NCBI GenBank assembly: GCA_964476155.1
Contig: CAYYYS010000009.1
Span: forward strand, 18,147 to 82,146
From: an uncultured Fibrobacteraceae bacterium
Lineage (GTDB): Bacteria; Krumholzibacteriota; Krumholzibacteriia; LZORAL124-64-63
Length of the DNA stretch: 64,000 nucleotides
Reading direction: 5' to 3'
The notes under the pieces are model-generated. The model was not told the DNA's origin, did not search any database, and saw only the letters and a list, made by a program, of their open reading frames with translations. A program made the translations under genes and the position numbers. Within the stretch, counting starts at the first letter, position 1. Each line of letters begins with the position of its first letter. Below are positions 1-8,439 of the stretch, in pieces.

Positions 1-6
1 TTAGAG

Positions 7-1839
7 GTGACTTCCGCCCTCCATGACGTTACCTTATCTGCATCTTCCATCAGGAAACAGGAGATGGCCCGGAACGACATGACTCCCGTCCACACATTCC
101 ACATCCCCGTCATGGGGACCGGTTTCACCATCGACACGCCGTTGAAGGTGGCGCGGTACGGCATTTCGTCGGTCATCTCGTTGGTCGATGACAAGCTCAT
201 ATCGCAAATGCACAAGCAGCTCGGTGGCACCGACGAATCGATTACGGATCGCACCGAGGATTCCCGTGCCCGTCGGATCACCGCCTACCTGAATCTGCTC
301 GACGACGGGGTCCGCACGCAGGTCGAGCGCCTGCGCTCGTCTCTCTTCGAGGCCGGCAGCGAGATCACCCGCTATTACGAGATGCTGCCCGACTCGCCGC
401 TTAAGGCCCTGTACCAGCGCATGCTCGACGCGCGCGATGCGGTCGAGAAGGCCGACCTCCAGGCCGAGCTGCGCCGGCTTGTCGTGCCTGGCGCCATCGA
501 CGTCAACATCATGACCAAGCTGGACCGCGATCGCTTCCGCGACGGCCAGAAGCTGCCACCCCAGTTCTCCGACGCCATGAGCGCCCTGCGCGGCTATGCC
601 CAGAGCAAGGTGCGCTCCTCGCTGATCCTGTCGGCGGGCATGAACCAGAAGCTCTTCGCCTACCTGGCCGAGTTTCCCGATTTCTTCCCCGACGACATGG
701 GCGACGTCAAAAAGAAGATCGTCCTGAAGGTGAGCGACTTCCGCTCGGCGCTCGTGCAAGGCAAGCTGCTGGCCCGACGGGGGCTGTGGGTGTCCGAATA
801 CCGCGTCGAGTCGGGCCTGAACTGTGGGGGCCACGCTTTCGGCGGCAAGGGCCAGCTGCTCGGTCCGGTCCTCGAGGAATTCCGCGACAAGCGCGACGAC
901 CTGGTGGCCCAGTTGCACGAGGCCTGCCACGGCACCCTGGAAAAGATCGGTCGGCCGGCGCCCGACGAGCCGCTGCCCGTGCGCGTGACGGTGCAAGGCG
1001 GGATCGGCACCGCCGAGGAAAACGACATGCTGCGCGACCACTATCACGTGGACGGCACCGGCTGGGGCAGCCCGTTCCTGTTCGTGCCCGACGTGGTGAG
1101 CATCGACCAGCCGCATCTCGACAAGCTGTGCGAAGCCCACGAGGACGATGTCTATCTGAGTGACAGTTCGCCCCTGGGTGTGCCTTTTTGGAGTCTGCGC
1201 ACGTCGGAGAGCGAGATCACGCGGCGTCAGCGTATCGATGACGGGTGTCCGGGCAGCCAATGTCCCAAGGGCTATCTCGTCACCAACACCGAGTTCACCA
1301 AGAAGCCCATCTGTACCGCCAGCCGCGCCTATCAGCGGCTCAAGCTGAAGACGCTCGAGATCCTCGACCGCACGCCCGACCAGCAGACGGTCGACCAGGA
1401 AGACATCGTGGCCAAGGCCTGCATCTGTCACGATCTGGCCGGCGGCGCGACGGTCACCCAGGGTCTCGACGACGAAGCCACTACGTCGGTGTGCTGCGGG
1501 CCCAACGGCGTGTACTTCTCGCGCATGGCCCAGCTCCGCGAAATGATCGACCACATCTACGGCCGCGCCCGTCTGCCCCTGGACGGCAGTCGCCCGCACA
1601 TGTTCATCAAGGAACTGTCGTTGCACGTGGATCGTCTGCGCGAAGAGGCCGATCGCTGCCGGCGCGACATGGTGGAAGCCGCCAAGTCCTCGTTCGAGAG
1701 CAAGGCGAACCTGCTGGCGGGTATCAACAGCTACCGTGAGAAAGCGGCGCAAGTGGCCGCTGACCGTCGCGACGAGTTCCTCGAAAAACTCGACGCCATG
1801 CGCGCCGATATCGAGCGGATCCTGCCGGGAAAAGACTAG
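7..1839 (+). CDS. Conserved hypothetical protein (~590-610 aa), C-terminal Cys-rich region. Possible diverged FMN TIM-barrel-like N-terminal part (GGH and QGGIGT motifs). The gene may extend upstream of the window.
   Basis: Long ORF with no in-frame stop back to position 1. Candidate ATG at 64 sits directly after an AGGAG. Contains ESGLNCGGHAF and VQGGIGTAEE, then a Cys cluster (CPGSQCP, CICHD, VCCGPNG). No family recognised with certainty. Confidence 0.5.
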   Translation: MTSALHDVTLSASSIRKQEMARNDMTPVHTFHIPVMGTGFTIDTPLKVARYGISSVISLVDDKLISQMHKQLGGTDESITDRTEDSRARRITAYLNLLDDGVRTQVERLRSSLFEAGSEITRYYEMLPDSPLKALYQRMLDARDAVEKADLQAELRRLVVPGAIDVNIMTKLDRDRFRDGQKLPPQFSDAMSALRGYAQSKVRSSLILSAGMNQKLFAYLAEFPDFFPDDMGDVKKKIVLKVSDFRSALVQGKLLARRGLWVSEYRVESGLNCGGHAFGGKGQLLGPVLEEFRDKRDDLVAQLHEACHGTLEKIGRPAPDEPLPVRVTVQGGIGTAEENDMLRDHYHVDGTGWGSPFLFVPDVVSIDQPHLDKLCEAHEDDVYLSDSSPLGVPFWSLRTSESEITRRQRIDDGCPGSQCPKGYLVTNTEFTKKPICTASRAYQRLKLKTLEILDRTPDQQTVDQEDIVAKACICHDLAGGATVTQGLDDEATTSVCCGPNGVYFSRMAQLREMIDHIYGRARLPLDGSRPHMFIKELSLHVDRLREEADRCRRDMVEAAKSSFESKANLLAGINSYREKAAQVAADRRDEFLEKLDAMRADIERILPGKD

Positions 1840-1866
1840 TCCACCCACCCCCCATGCAACCTGTCG

Positions 1867-2490
1867 GTGACGTGTGGCATGCGAATGATCAACATGATTC
1901 TGACGACGGCGTTCCTGCTGACCGTCGGCCAGGGAGGCTCAATGGCGGATACGAACAATTACGAAACGGCCACGTTCGCCGGCGGCTGCTTCTGGTGCCT
2001 GGAAGCTTTGTTCGAGGAGCTGGATGGTGTGGCGAAGGTGGAATCGGGCTTCGCCGGCGGCGGCGAGGGAGAGGTGTCCTACCAGGAAGTCTGCGCCGGT
2101 GATACCGGACACGCCGAAGTGATCCAGATACGCTTCGACCCGGCCAGGCTTTCCTACTCGGAATTGCTGATGGTTTTTTTCTCGGCCCACGATCCGACCA
2201 CCCTGAATCGCCAGGGCGCCGACGCGGGCACCCAATACCGCTCGGCGATTTTCTGGCACGACGAAGTCCAACACGCGGCCGCCGAAGTTTTGATCGCCGA
2301 CCTGGTCGCGGAGAAGGTCTTCGCCGACCCGATCGTCACTCAGGTGGCTGCCTTCGACGCCTTCATCCGCGCCGACGACGGCCACCAGAACTACTACCGG
2401 CGCAACAAGGCCCAGTCCTATTGCCAGATCGTGATCGCGCCGAAACTGGAGAAATTCCGGAAGAAGTTCCGGGAGCGTTTACGACATTGA
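1867..2490 (+). CDS. msrA: Peptide methionine sulfoxide reductase MsrA. Possible N-terminal signal peptide; alternative start at ATG 1942 after GGAGG.
   Basis: Canonical GCFWC active-site motif, AEVIQI..FDP, YHQNY-like C-terminus. Length ~180-207 aa. Confidence 0.9.
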   Translation: MTCGMRMINMILTTAFLLTVGQGGSMADTNNYETATFAGGCFWCLEALFEELDGVAKVESGFAGGGEGEVSYQEVCAGDTGHAEVIQIRFDPARLSYSELLMVFFSAHDPTTLNRQGADAGTQYRSAIFWHDEVQHAAAEVLIADLVAEKVFADPIVTQVAAFDAFIRADDGHQNYYRRNKAQSYCQIVIAPKLEKFRKKFRERLRH

Positions 2491-2500
2491 AGAGGGACAA

Positions 2501-2776
2501 ATGCGTCGCTCACAAGGCTTCCTGATCATCGTGGCGGCGACGGTTTTGACCGTCGCCGCTGTTGCGTCGGCCGATATAGCCGACGCCGACGGCGTACCCC
2601 ATGTCCGTAACGGCGCTGAACCGCGCGACGGGGTCGAGGCCGTGCGTCTGGAGGAACTCTGGCGCGCCGGTGACAACGAGGACGACGGCCTGCTGGACGA
2701 CGCCGGCTGGGCCGGCCAGGCGCAGGCCCGTCACTTCGCCGAGCACAATCCCGTCAACCCCCAATTTCCTGTTTGA
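2501..2776 (+). CDS. Small secreted hypothetical protein (91 aa). Its last six codons and stop codon (NPQFPV*) lie inside the 33-bp repeat, so it may be a truncated gene.
   Basis: Signal-peptide-like N-terminus MRRSQGFLIIVAATVLTVAAVASA. Acidic low-complexity body. The stop TGA at 2774-2776 is inside the repeat copy at 2755-2787. Confidence 0.35.
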   Translation: MRRSQGFLIIVAATVLTVAAVASADIADADGVPHVRNGAEPRDGVEAVRLEELWRAGDNEDDGLLDDAGWAGQAQARHFAEHNPVNPQFPV

Positions 2777-2787
2777 CAGAACACTAG
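2755..2787 (+). repeat. Copy 1 of an exact 33-bp direct repeat, CAACCCCCAATTTCCTGTTTGACAGAACACTAG. The second copy is at 47985-48017.
   Basis: Identical 33-mer found by eye at two loci 45.2 kb apart in the same orientation. It contains TGA, TAG and CTA stops used by abutting ORFs. Confidence 0.8.
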
Positions 2788-3617
2788 AAGGAGAAGGAGA
2801 ACGAAATCACGGGGGCGGCCTTCGCGGGTCCGCCCCCGCGTCGACTCCGCTGATCGAGGGAATAGAAGATTTCGGCGGCGACCCAGCCGGCCACCGCGCC
2901 GACGGTCACGTCACTCAGGTAATGCTGGTAGCCGTGGATGCGGCTATAGGCGACCCAGGCGGCCCAGCCGTAGAGCACGGTGGGCGAGGCCCAGGACCAG
3001 CGGTCGTACTCGGTACCGTCGAGTTGGCGTCGCATGACCGCGCGCACGCGCTTGTTGAGGAAGGTCGAGCCGTAGAAGGCGGACGACGAGTGGCCGGACC
3101 AGAACGAGCGCTGGTCGTGGGCGAGGTCGATGTGTTCGCGCCGGGCGGCCACGTCGGGTGCGAGCCGCGCCAGGGGACGCTGACGGGCCACGGTGCCCTT
3201 GACCGAATCCTGGATGCCCTTGAGCGAGAGGATGCCCGCGTAGTAGAGGAATTGTCCCTGCAGGATGTCCTTGCCACGATCACCTGCTGGATACTCCGCG
3301 TCGAGGGCAGCCACGGCGGCGCCGGCGAGGAAGGTGTTTAGCCCGGCGGCGCGGTTGTGGTCCATGAAGTTGCGCGGGGTCGGCCGGGGAGCGGGCGCCA
3401 GGTGCTCTGTGACCCAGAGGTCGACCTTCGGCGGCTCGGTCCAGCGCGGCGGCTTGCTCGCGCCCAGGTCGCCCAGGTAGCGGCCCATCAGCACCAGGCC
3501 GATGGTGCCGGTGCCGATGGCGGCGATCTCGGCCGTATCGAGGTAGTCGTTTCCCCGAGCGGGAAGCGTTGTCGCACAGAGCGCGGCGATCAGAATGAGT
3601 GTCGGTACGATTTTCAT
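2784..3617 (-). CDS. PAP2-superfamily phosphatase with N-terminal signal peptide.
   Basis: PAP2 motifs KxxxxxxRP (KGTVARQRP), SGHS (SGHSS) and SRxxxxxHxxxD (SRIHGYQHYLSD). Signal-peptide N-terminus MKIVPTLILIAALCATT. Confidence 0.8.
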   Translation of the reverse strand: MKIVPTLILIAALCATTLPARGNDYLDTAEIAAIGTGTIGLVLMGRYLGDLGASKPPRWTEPPKVDLWVTEHLAPAPRPTPRNFMDHNRAAGLNTFLAGAAVAALDAEYPAGDRGKDILQGQFLYYAGILSLKGIQDSVKGTVARQRPLARLAPDVAARREHIDLAHDQRSFWSGHSSSAFYGSTFLNKRVRAVMRRQLDGTEYDRWSWASPTVLYGWAAWVAYSRIHGYQHYLSDVTVGAVAGWVAAEIFYSLDQRSRRGGGPAKAAPVISFSFSF

Positions 3618-3746
3618 GGCCGGTTCAGGATAGGGCGAGTGACGCCGCCCCGCAAGGACGTCGCGTAAGTGATGATCGAAACGGGGGAGTCGTGTTATGC
3701 TCCCGCACCGAACAGCCGGCCTCCCAGCCCAATCAGGAGTGAATCC

Positions 3747-6700
3747 ATGCCCAGACGTCTTATCCTCGTCGCGACCCTGATATTGATGGTCGCCGCCACG
3801 TCAGTATTTGCTACAGAGGCCCTGTTCTGCCGCTATCCGGCCATAAGTCCCAACGGGTCCACGGTGGTCTTCTCGTATCAGGGCGACCTGTGGAGCGTGT
3901 CGGCCGACGGCGGCCGCGCCCTGCGCCTGACCGCGCACCAGGCCTACGACGGCTGGCCCGTCTTCGCGCCCGACGGGGAGAGCGTGGCCTTCGCGTCCGA
4001 CCGTTACGGAGACTTCGATGTCTACGTGATGCCGGCCGAGGGTGGCCCGCCCACACGTCTCACACACGCCGAGACCACCGACCGGCCCCAGGCGTTCGGC
4101 CCCGACGGCGACGTGGTGTATTTCTCAGCCCGCCGTCTCTTCGACTTTCCCATGGCGAACCAGATCCTGTCGGTACCCGTCACCGGCGGCACGCCCCGGC
4201 GCCTGGCCGACTTCTTCGGCGACGAGGTGGCCACCGTCGACGGTCGCACCTTCGTGGTCGCCGAGGGCCGCGTGGCCAACGGTCGCGTGCACTATCGCGG
4301 TAGCTATCAGCGCGAGCTCTTCCGCTGGACCCGCGGCGGCGATCCGGTCGCTCTGACCGAGAACCGCGGCTACGACACCCACCCCATGGTCGCGCTCGAC
4401 GGGCGGATCTACTGGCTCGGCGACATGGACGAGAGCAAGACGGCCAACGTATGGGTCATGGACGGCGACGGTGGCGGCAAGCGGCCGCTTACCGATTACG
4501 AGGGTGAGCCCGTGCGGACGGCCTCCCTGAGCACCGACGGGTCGCGTATCGTCTTCGAGCAGGGGCTGCACCTGTACGTGATGGATACTGCGGGCGGCGA
4601 GCCGCGACGGTTGAGCGTGGACGTGGCGGCCGACGCGATCGAGAATCCCGTCGTCATCGAGACCAAGACCGGCGACGCCGATTACATCGCGGTCTCGGAC
4701 GACGGCGAGGAATACGCCCTGGTCGTCGACGGCGAGATCGTCCTGATCAACAAGGAACAGGGCGGTCGCGCGACGGTAGCCGTGCCCGGTCCCTGGCTCG
4801 AAGCCGACATTTCGTTCCGACCAGGCAGCGCCGACACCCTGTTGCTGGTCAGCGACCGCGACGGGGAGAACACCGTCTGCCTGCTGGTGAGCGACGACGA
4901 CGAACCACTGCTGCGCAAGTCCCGCAAACATCGGCTGATCGAGCTGACCGACAGTAAGGATCCGTGTCACGTACCCCAGTGGTCGCCCGACGGAAAGCGC
5001 ATCGCCTACCAGCACGGCAACGGCGACCTGTATGTCATGGACGCCGACGGTCAGAACGACAAGACCATCGCCAAGTACTGGAACCTGGGCGATTTCTCAT
5101 GGTCCCCCGACGGCCGCTGGCTGGCCTTCTCGCGCCTGGACCCCGACTACAACAGCGAGATCTGGATCGTCCCGAGCGAGGGCGGCGAACCCGTCAACGT
5201 GACGCGGCACCCCGAGTACGACGAAGGCCCCGTATGGTCGGCCGACGGCACCGTGCTCGCCTGGCACACTACGCGCCATAGCCATTCGCCCGCCAGTCGT
5301 GAATACGACGTCTATGCCATGTACCTGCGCGAAGCGGATCATGACCGCACCCAAGAGGCATGGGAAATCCTTGAGAAGACCCGCGACGACAAACCCAAGG
5401 ACGAGAAGAAGGACGATGACGAAGGGGACGATGAAGAAGAGGCCGAGGAGGAACTCGTGGTCGAGATCGACTTCGATGAGATCCACCTGCGCGCCCGTCG
5501 CGTGACGTCGCTGCCCGGCAGCGAATACGCCAGCGCCATAGACCCCAAGGGCGACAAGATCTACTTTACCGCCAGGATCGTGGAGGACCGCGACCTCTAC
5601 TCGGTGAACCGCTTCGCCGAGGACCGCGAGGCCGTCACCGAGGGCGGCGTCAACCCGAGCGGGATCACCCTGGACGAGAAGGGCAAGACCTTCACCTTCC
5701 TGCGCAACGGCGCCCCCGCGACGGTCGGCGCCGACGGCGGCAAGGTCGAGTCCACCGATTTCACGGCCCGCCTGGTGGTCGATCGCCCCGCGGTGCGCCT
5801 GCGCACCCTCGACGAGGCCTGGCGTACCATGCGCGACCGTTTCTACGACCCGGACATGCACGGCGTCGACTGGCCGGCCATGCGCAAAAAGTACGGCGCC
5901 TGGGTCGCCCATGCGTCCTGCGACCACGACTTCGGCGACGTGATGAACTTCATGCTCGGCGAGCTCAACGCCAGTCACATGGGCTACCGTCCGCGCTGGG
6001 AGTCGCCCGGCGACTACGGCGACGACGGTTGGCTCGGCCTCGAATTCGACTTCACCCACAAGGGGAAGGGCCTGAAGGTGGCCCGCGTGCTGACCGACGG
6101 TCCCGGCGACAAGGCGCCCGACCGCATCCTGCCCGGCGATGTGCTGCTCTCGGTGGATGGCCGGCCGGTGGGTCGCGACGTCAACATCAGCGCAGCGCTG
6201 GAAACCCGCTCCGGGCTGCCCACATGGGTAGTCGTCAAACGCGACGGTGACGAGCTCGAGTTCCAGGTCACGCCCCGGGGCTTCCGCACGATCTGGACCC
6301 TGAACCACCGCGACGCCGAGCGCGCCAAGCGCGCGATCACCGAAGAGTCCAGCGATGGCCGCGTGGGCTACGTCCACATACAGGGCATGGGTTTTTCGGA
6401 AGTGGAGCGCTTCCAGCAGAACCTCTTCGCCGCCGCCGACGGCAAGGAGGCCCTGATCATCGACGTGCGCAACAACGGCGGCGGCTGGACCACCGACCTG
6501 ATGTTGACGATTCTCAGCCAGCCCGTCCACGCCTTCACCGTCGGCCGCGACGGCGAAACGGGCTATCCCCAGGTGGAACGCCAGCCCTTCTATCGCTGGT
6601 CGAAACCCGTGGCCGTGATCTGCAACGAGGGCAGCTACTCCAACGCCGAGATCTTCAGTCACGCCATCAAGACCATGGGCCGCGGTCCGGTGATCGGCAT

Positions 6701-6992
6701 GGAGACCGGCGGCAACGTCATCTCCACCGGCGGCTTCGGCAACCGGTACCGCGGCTACGTGCGTCTGCCCGGCCGCGGCTGGTATGTGTGGGGAGACGAC
6801 GTGAACACCGAGCGCAACGGCAAGCCCCAGGAGGCGCGCCACGAGCTGACCGGCTGCATCCCGGACCACGTTGTCGACCTGACGCCGGCCGACCGCATGC
6901 ACGGCCGGGACCCGCAGTTGGACAAGGCCGTCGAGCTGATGATCGACGCGGCCGACGCCGAGTGGCGCAAGCCGAAACGCGAACCGAAGTAG
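3747..6992 (+). CDS. Tricorn protease homolog: N-terminal TolB-like beta-propeller repeats, PDZ domain, C-terminal S41 peptidase domain. Secreted.
   Basis: ~1080 aa. Signal peptide MPRRLILVATLILMVAATSVFA after AGGAG. Repeated PDG/SPDG propeller blades. PDZ-like GLKVARVLTDGPGD..GDVLLSVDG. S41-like IIDVRNNGGGW and ICNEGSYSNAEIF. Acidic linker KDEKKDDDEGDDEEE. Confidence 0.85.
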   Translation: MPRRLILVATLILMVAATSVFATEALFCRYPAISPNGSTVVFSYQGDLWSVSADGGRALRLTAHQAYDGWPVFAPDGESVAFASDRYGDFDVYVMPAEGGPPTRLTHAETTDRPQAFGPDGDVVYFSARRLFDFPMANQILSVPVTGGTPRRLADFFGDEVATVDGRTFVVAEGRVANGRVHYRGSYQRELFRWTRGGDPVALTENRGYDTHPMVALDGRIYWLGDMDESKTANVWVMDGDGGGKRPLTDYEGEPVRTASLSTDGSRIVFEQGLHLYVMDTAGGEPRRLSVDVAADAIENPVVIETKTGDADYIAVSDDGEEYALVVDGEIVLINKEQGGRATVAVPGPWLEADISFRPGSADTLLLVSDRDGENTVCLLVSDDDEPLLRKSRKHRLIELTDSKDPCHVPQWSPDGKRIAYQHGNGDLYVMDADGQNDKTIAKYWNLGDFSWSPDGRWLAFSRLDPDYNSEIWIVPSEGGEPVNVTRHPEYDEGPVWSADGTVLAWHTTRHSHSPASREYDVYAMYLREADHDRTQEAWEILEKTRDDKPKDEKKDDDEGDDEEEAEEELVVEIDFDEIHLRARRVTSLPGSEYASAIDPKGDKIYFTARIVEDRDLYSVNRFAEDREAVTEGGVNPSGITLDEKGKTFTFLRNGAPATVGADGGKVESTDFTARLVVDRPAVRLRTLDEAWRTMRDRFYDPDMHGVDWPAMRKKYGAWVAHASCDHDFGDVMNFMLGELNASHMGYRPRWESPGDYGDDGWLGLEFDFTHKGKGLKVARVLTDGPGDKAPDRILPGDVLLSVDGRPVGRDVNISAALETRSGLPTWVVVKRDGDELEFQVTPRGFRTIWTLNHRDAERAKRAITEESSDGRVGYVHIQGMGFSEVERFQQNLFAAADGKEALIIDVRNNGGGWTTDLMLTILSQPVHAFTVGRDGETGYPQVERQPFYRWSKPVAVICNEGSYSNAEIFSHAIKTMGRGPVIGMETGGNVISTGGFGNRYRGYVRLPGRGWYVWGDDVNTERNGKPQEARHELTGCIPDHVVDLTPADRMHGRDPQLDKAVELMIDAADAEWRKPKREPK

Positions 6993-6998
6993 GGGAGA

Positions 6999-7469
6999 TC
7001 AGCGCCCGGCCGTAAGCCGGGAGGCGAGCGGGTCGGGCAGGCCGGCGGCACGGATCTTGTCGGCGGCGGTGTGGATGTCGTAGGGGACGCGGTGCATTTC
7101 GATGCGCCGCGTCTTCGTGTCGTAGACGACGTAGGCGGCGCGCGGATCGAGATCGCGGGGCTGGCCCACGCTGCCCGCGTTGATCAGGTAGCGCGCGTGT
7201 GATTCCAGATCGAGGGTCTCAAGCATGTGCGTGACGACTTTCTCGCCGTGCAGCTCTTCGTTGTTGGCGGCCATGTCGTCGTGATTGCCCTTCACCACCG
7301 CGTCGCAGGTCTCGCGCACCAGCTCCAGACAAGCGACCGGGTCGGCGCCGTAGCCCACCACGTCGCCCAGGCTGTACCGGGCGTCCACACCCTGTCCGTC
7401 GGCGTGGGCGAGCACGGCGGTCAGCGCTTCCAGGTTGGCGTGTATGTCGCCGAGGATGGCGTATTTCAT
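6999..7469 (-). CDS. Metallophosphoesterase (YfcE/MPP family).
   Basis: MKYAILGDIHANLEAL, GDVVGYG and GNHD motifs. GGAG 6 nt upstream of the ATG at 7469. The longer ORF to 7970 lacks homology in its N-terminal extension. Confidence 0.8.
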   Translation of the reverse strand: MKYAILGDIHANLEALTAVLAHADGQGVDARYSLGDVVGYGADPVACLELVRETCDAVVKGNHDDMAANNEELHGEKVVTHMLETLDLESHARYLINAGSVGQPRDLDPRAAYVVYDTKTRRIEMHRVPYDIHTAADKIRAAGLPDPLASRLTAGR

Positions 7470-7586
7470 GACGACTCCGGAATTCGCCTGGTGCCGGATC
7501 GCGCGGGACGCTACCAGTCTAGCGCAATGAAGTGTGGCGCGCCATGTCATTACATGGCACCGTGAACGGCAGCGAAAGGATTGACC

Positions 7587-7949
7587 ATGGACCGCAGCAA
7601 CCCCGCAATCCGCGTGATGATGATGCCGCGCGACACCAACGTGCATCGCACGATCTTCGGTGGCGTGATCCTCAGCCATCTCGACCAGGCCGGTGTCATC
7701 GGCGCGCGTCGCGCCGGGTGCCGCCACATCGTGACCGTCGCCATGGACAAGGTGGAGTTTCACGAGCCGGTCCACGTGGGTGATCTGGTCAGCTTCTATA
7801 CGGATGTCTTCAAGAAGGGCCGCACGTCGATAACCATACGGGTCTGCGTGGAGGCGAACCGTTTTGAAACGCGTGATGACGTGGCGGTGACCAGCGCCAA
7901 TATCACTTATGTGAACATCGATGCGGAAGGCCGGCCCGAGCCTATCTGA
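7587..7949 (+). CDS. Acyl-CoA thioesterase, hotdog fold (YciA/YbgC-like).
   Basis: Hotdog thioesterase pattern VMMMPRDTNVHRTIFGGVILSHLDQAG...DKVEFHEPVHVGDLV. AAAGGA RBS 6 nt upstream of ATG 7587. Confidence 0.8.
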   Translation: MDRSNPAIRVMMMPRDTNVHRTIFGGVILSHLDQAGVIGARRAGCRHIVTVAMDKVEFHEPVHVGDLVSFYTDVFKKGRTSITIRVCVEANRFETRDDVAVTSANITYVNIDAEGRPEPI

Positions 7950-7966
7950 GCGATTCGCCGGCAAGC

Positions 7967-8383
7967 TCATAGACCGATTGATATCGTATCGCCCTCGCTT
8001 CCTTCGGCTGGATGCTCTCCGTCCTCGGCCAGAACCCGGACTCTCACCGCTCGCTCGGCCCGCGGCCAGCTCCCCTCGATCACTTCACCCGATACGGCCA
8101 CTTTATCGCCCTTCATTTGCGCCACGTAACGCGTGAGCCGGTATTCGCCGTCGCGATAGCCGTAGCCGTCGCCCGCGTCCTCGTAAAGCACACCCTCGGC
8201 TTGGCCGTGCGCGTCCAGACAGACGATCAGTTCCAACGCATCCAGAGGTCGCTCGTTCGACCATTGCATGATTGGTCCCACCGGCAGGACGTGCCCCGCG
8301 CCGAGCATCAGCACGGGCAGATCGAGGTCGGCGCCGTCGCTGTCGACCAGCGAAAAGGCTCGCCACACACCGTCCGGCAGCAC
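7967..8383 (-). pseudogene. GH31 alpha-glucosidase family C-terminal fragment (~150 aa). The catalytic domain is absent.
   Basis: GH31 C-terminal signatures GAGHVLPVGPIMQ and LYEDAGDGYGY. The minus-strand frame hits a stop at about 8441. No upstream frame encodes a GH31 catalytic domain. Confidence 0.5.
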
Positions 8384-8439
8384 CGGTTCCGGCGCGCGCC
8401 CGGGGGAGGTGTTGCAGGAAACGAGCAGCCCGTCGCAGC

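Noticed and set aside
786-1739. Arg/Pro-rich ORFs overlapping or antisense to real genes. Examples: 786-1163, 1245-1739, 3811-4056, 8012-8632, 8308-9546, 21749-22984, 46044-47135, 60067-60687 and many others in the track.
   Set aside because: Typical high-GC shadow ORFs. They are low-complexity R/P/A-rich translations with no motifs and lie inside or opposite well-supported genes.
2755-2787. 33-bp repeat considered as a tRNA 3' end/attB core of an integrated island, or as a dif/XerCD site.
   Set aside because: There is no tRNA-like sequence at either copy and no integrase nearby. The enclosed 45 kb carries essential genes (glnS, pyk). The sequence is not the imperfect palindrome expected of dif. 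It is kept as an unexplained repeat/breakpoint instead.
8272-8439. N-terminal 56 codons of track ORF 8272-10206 (MVPPAGRAPRRASARADRGRRRR...).
   Set aside because: This stretch is the antisense of the GH31 fragment and is Arg-rich nonsense. The genuine protein only starts making sense at about 8440 and has no start codon there.
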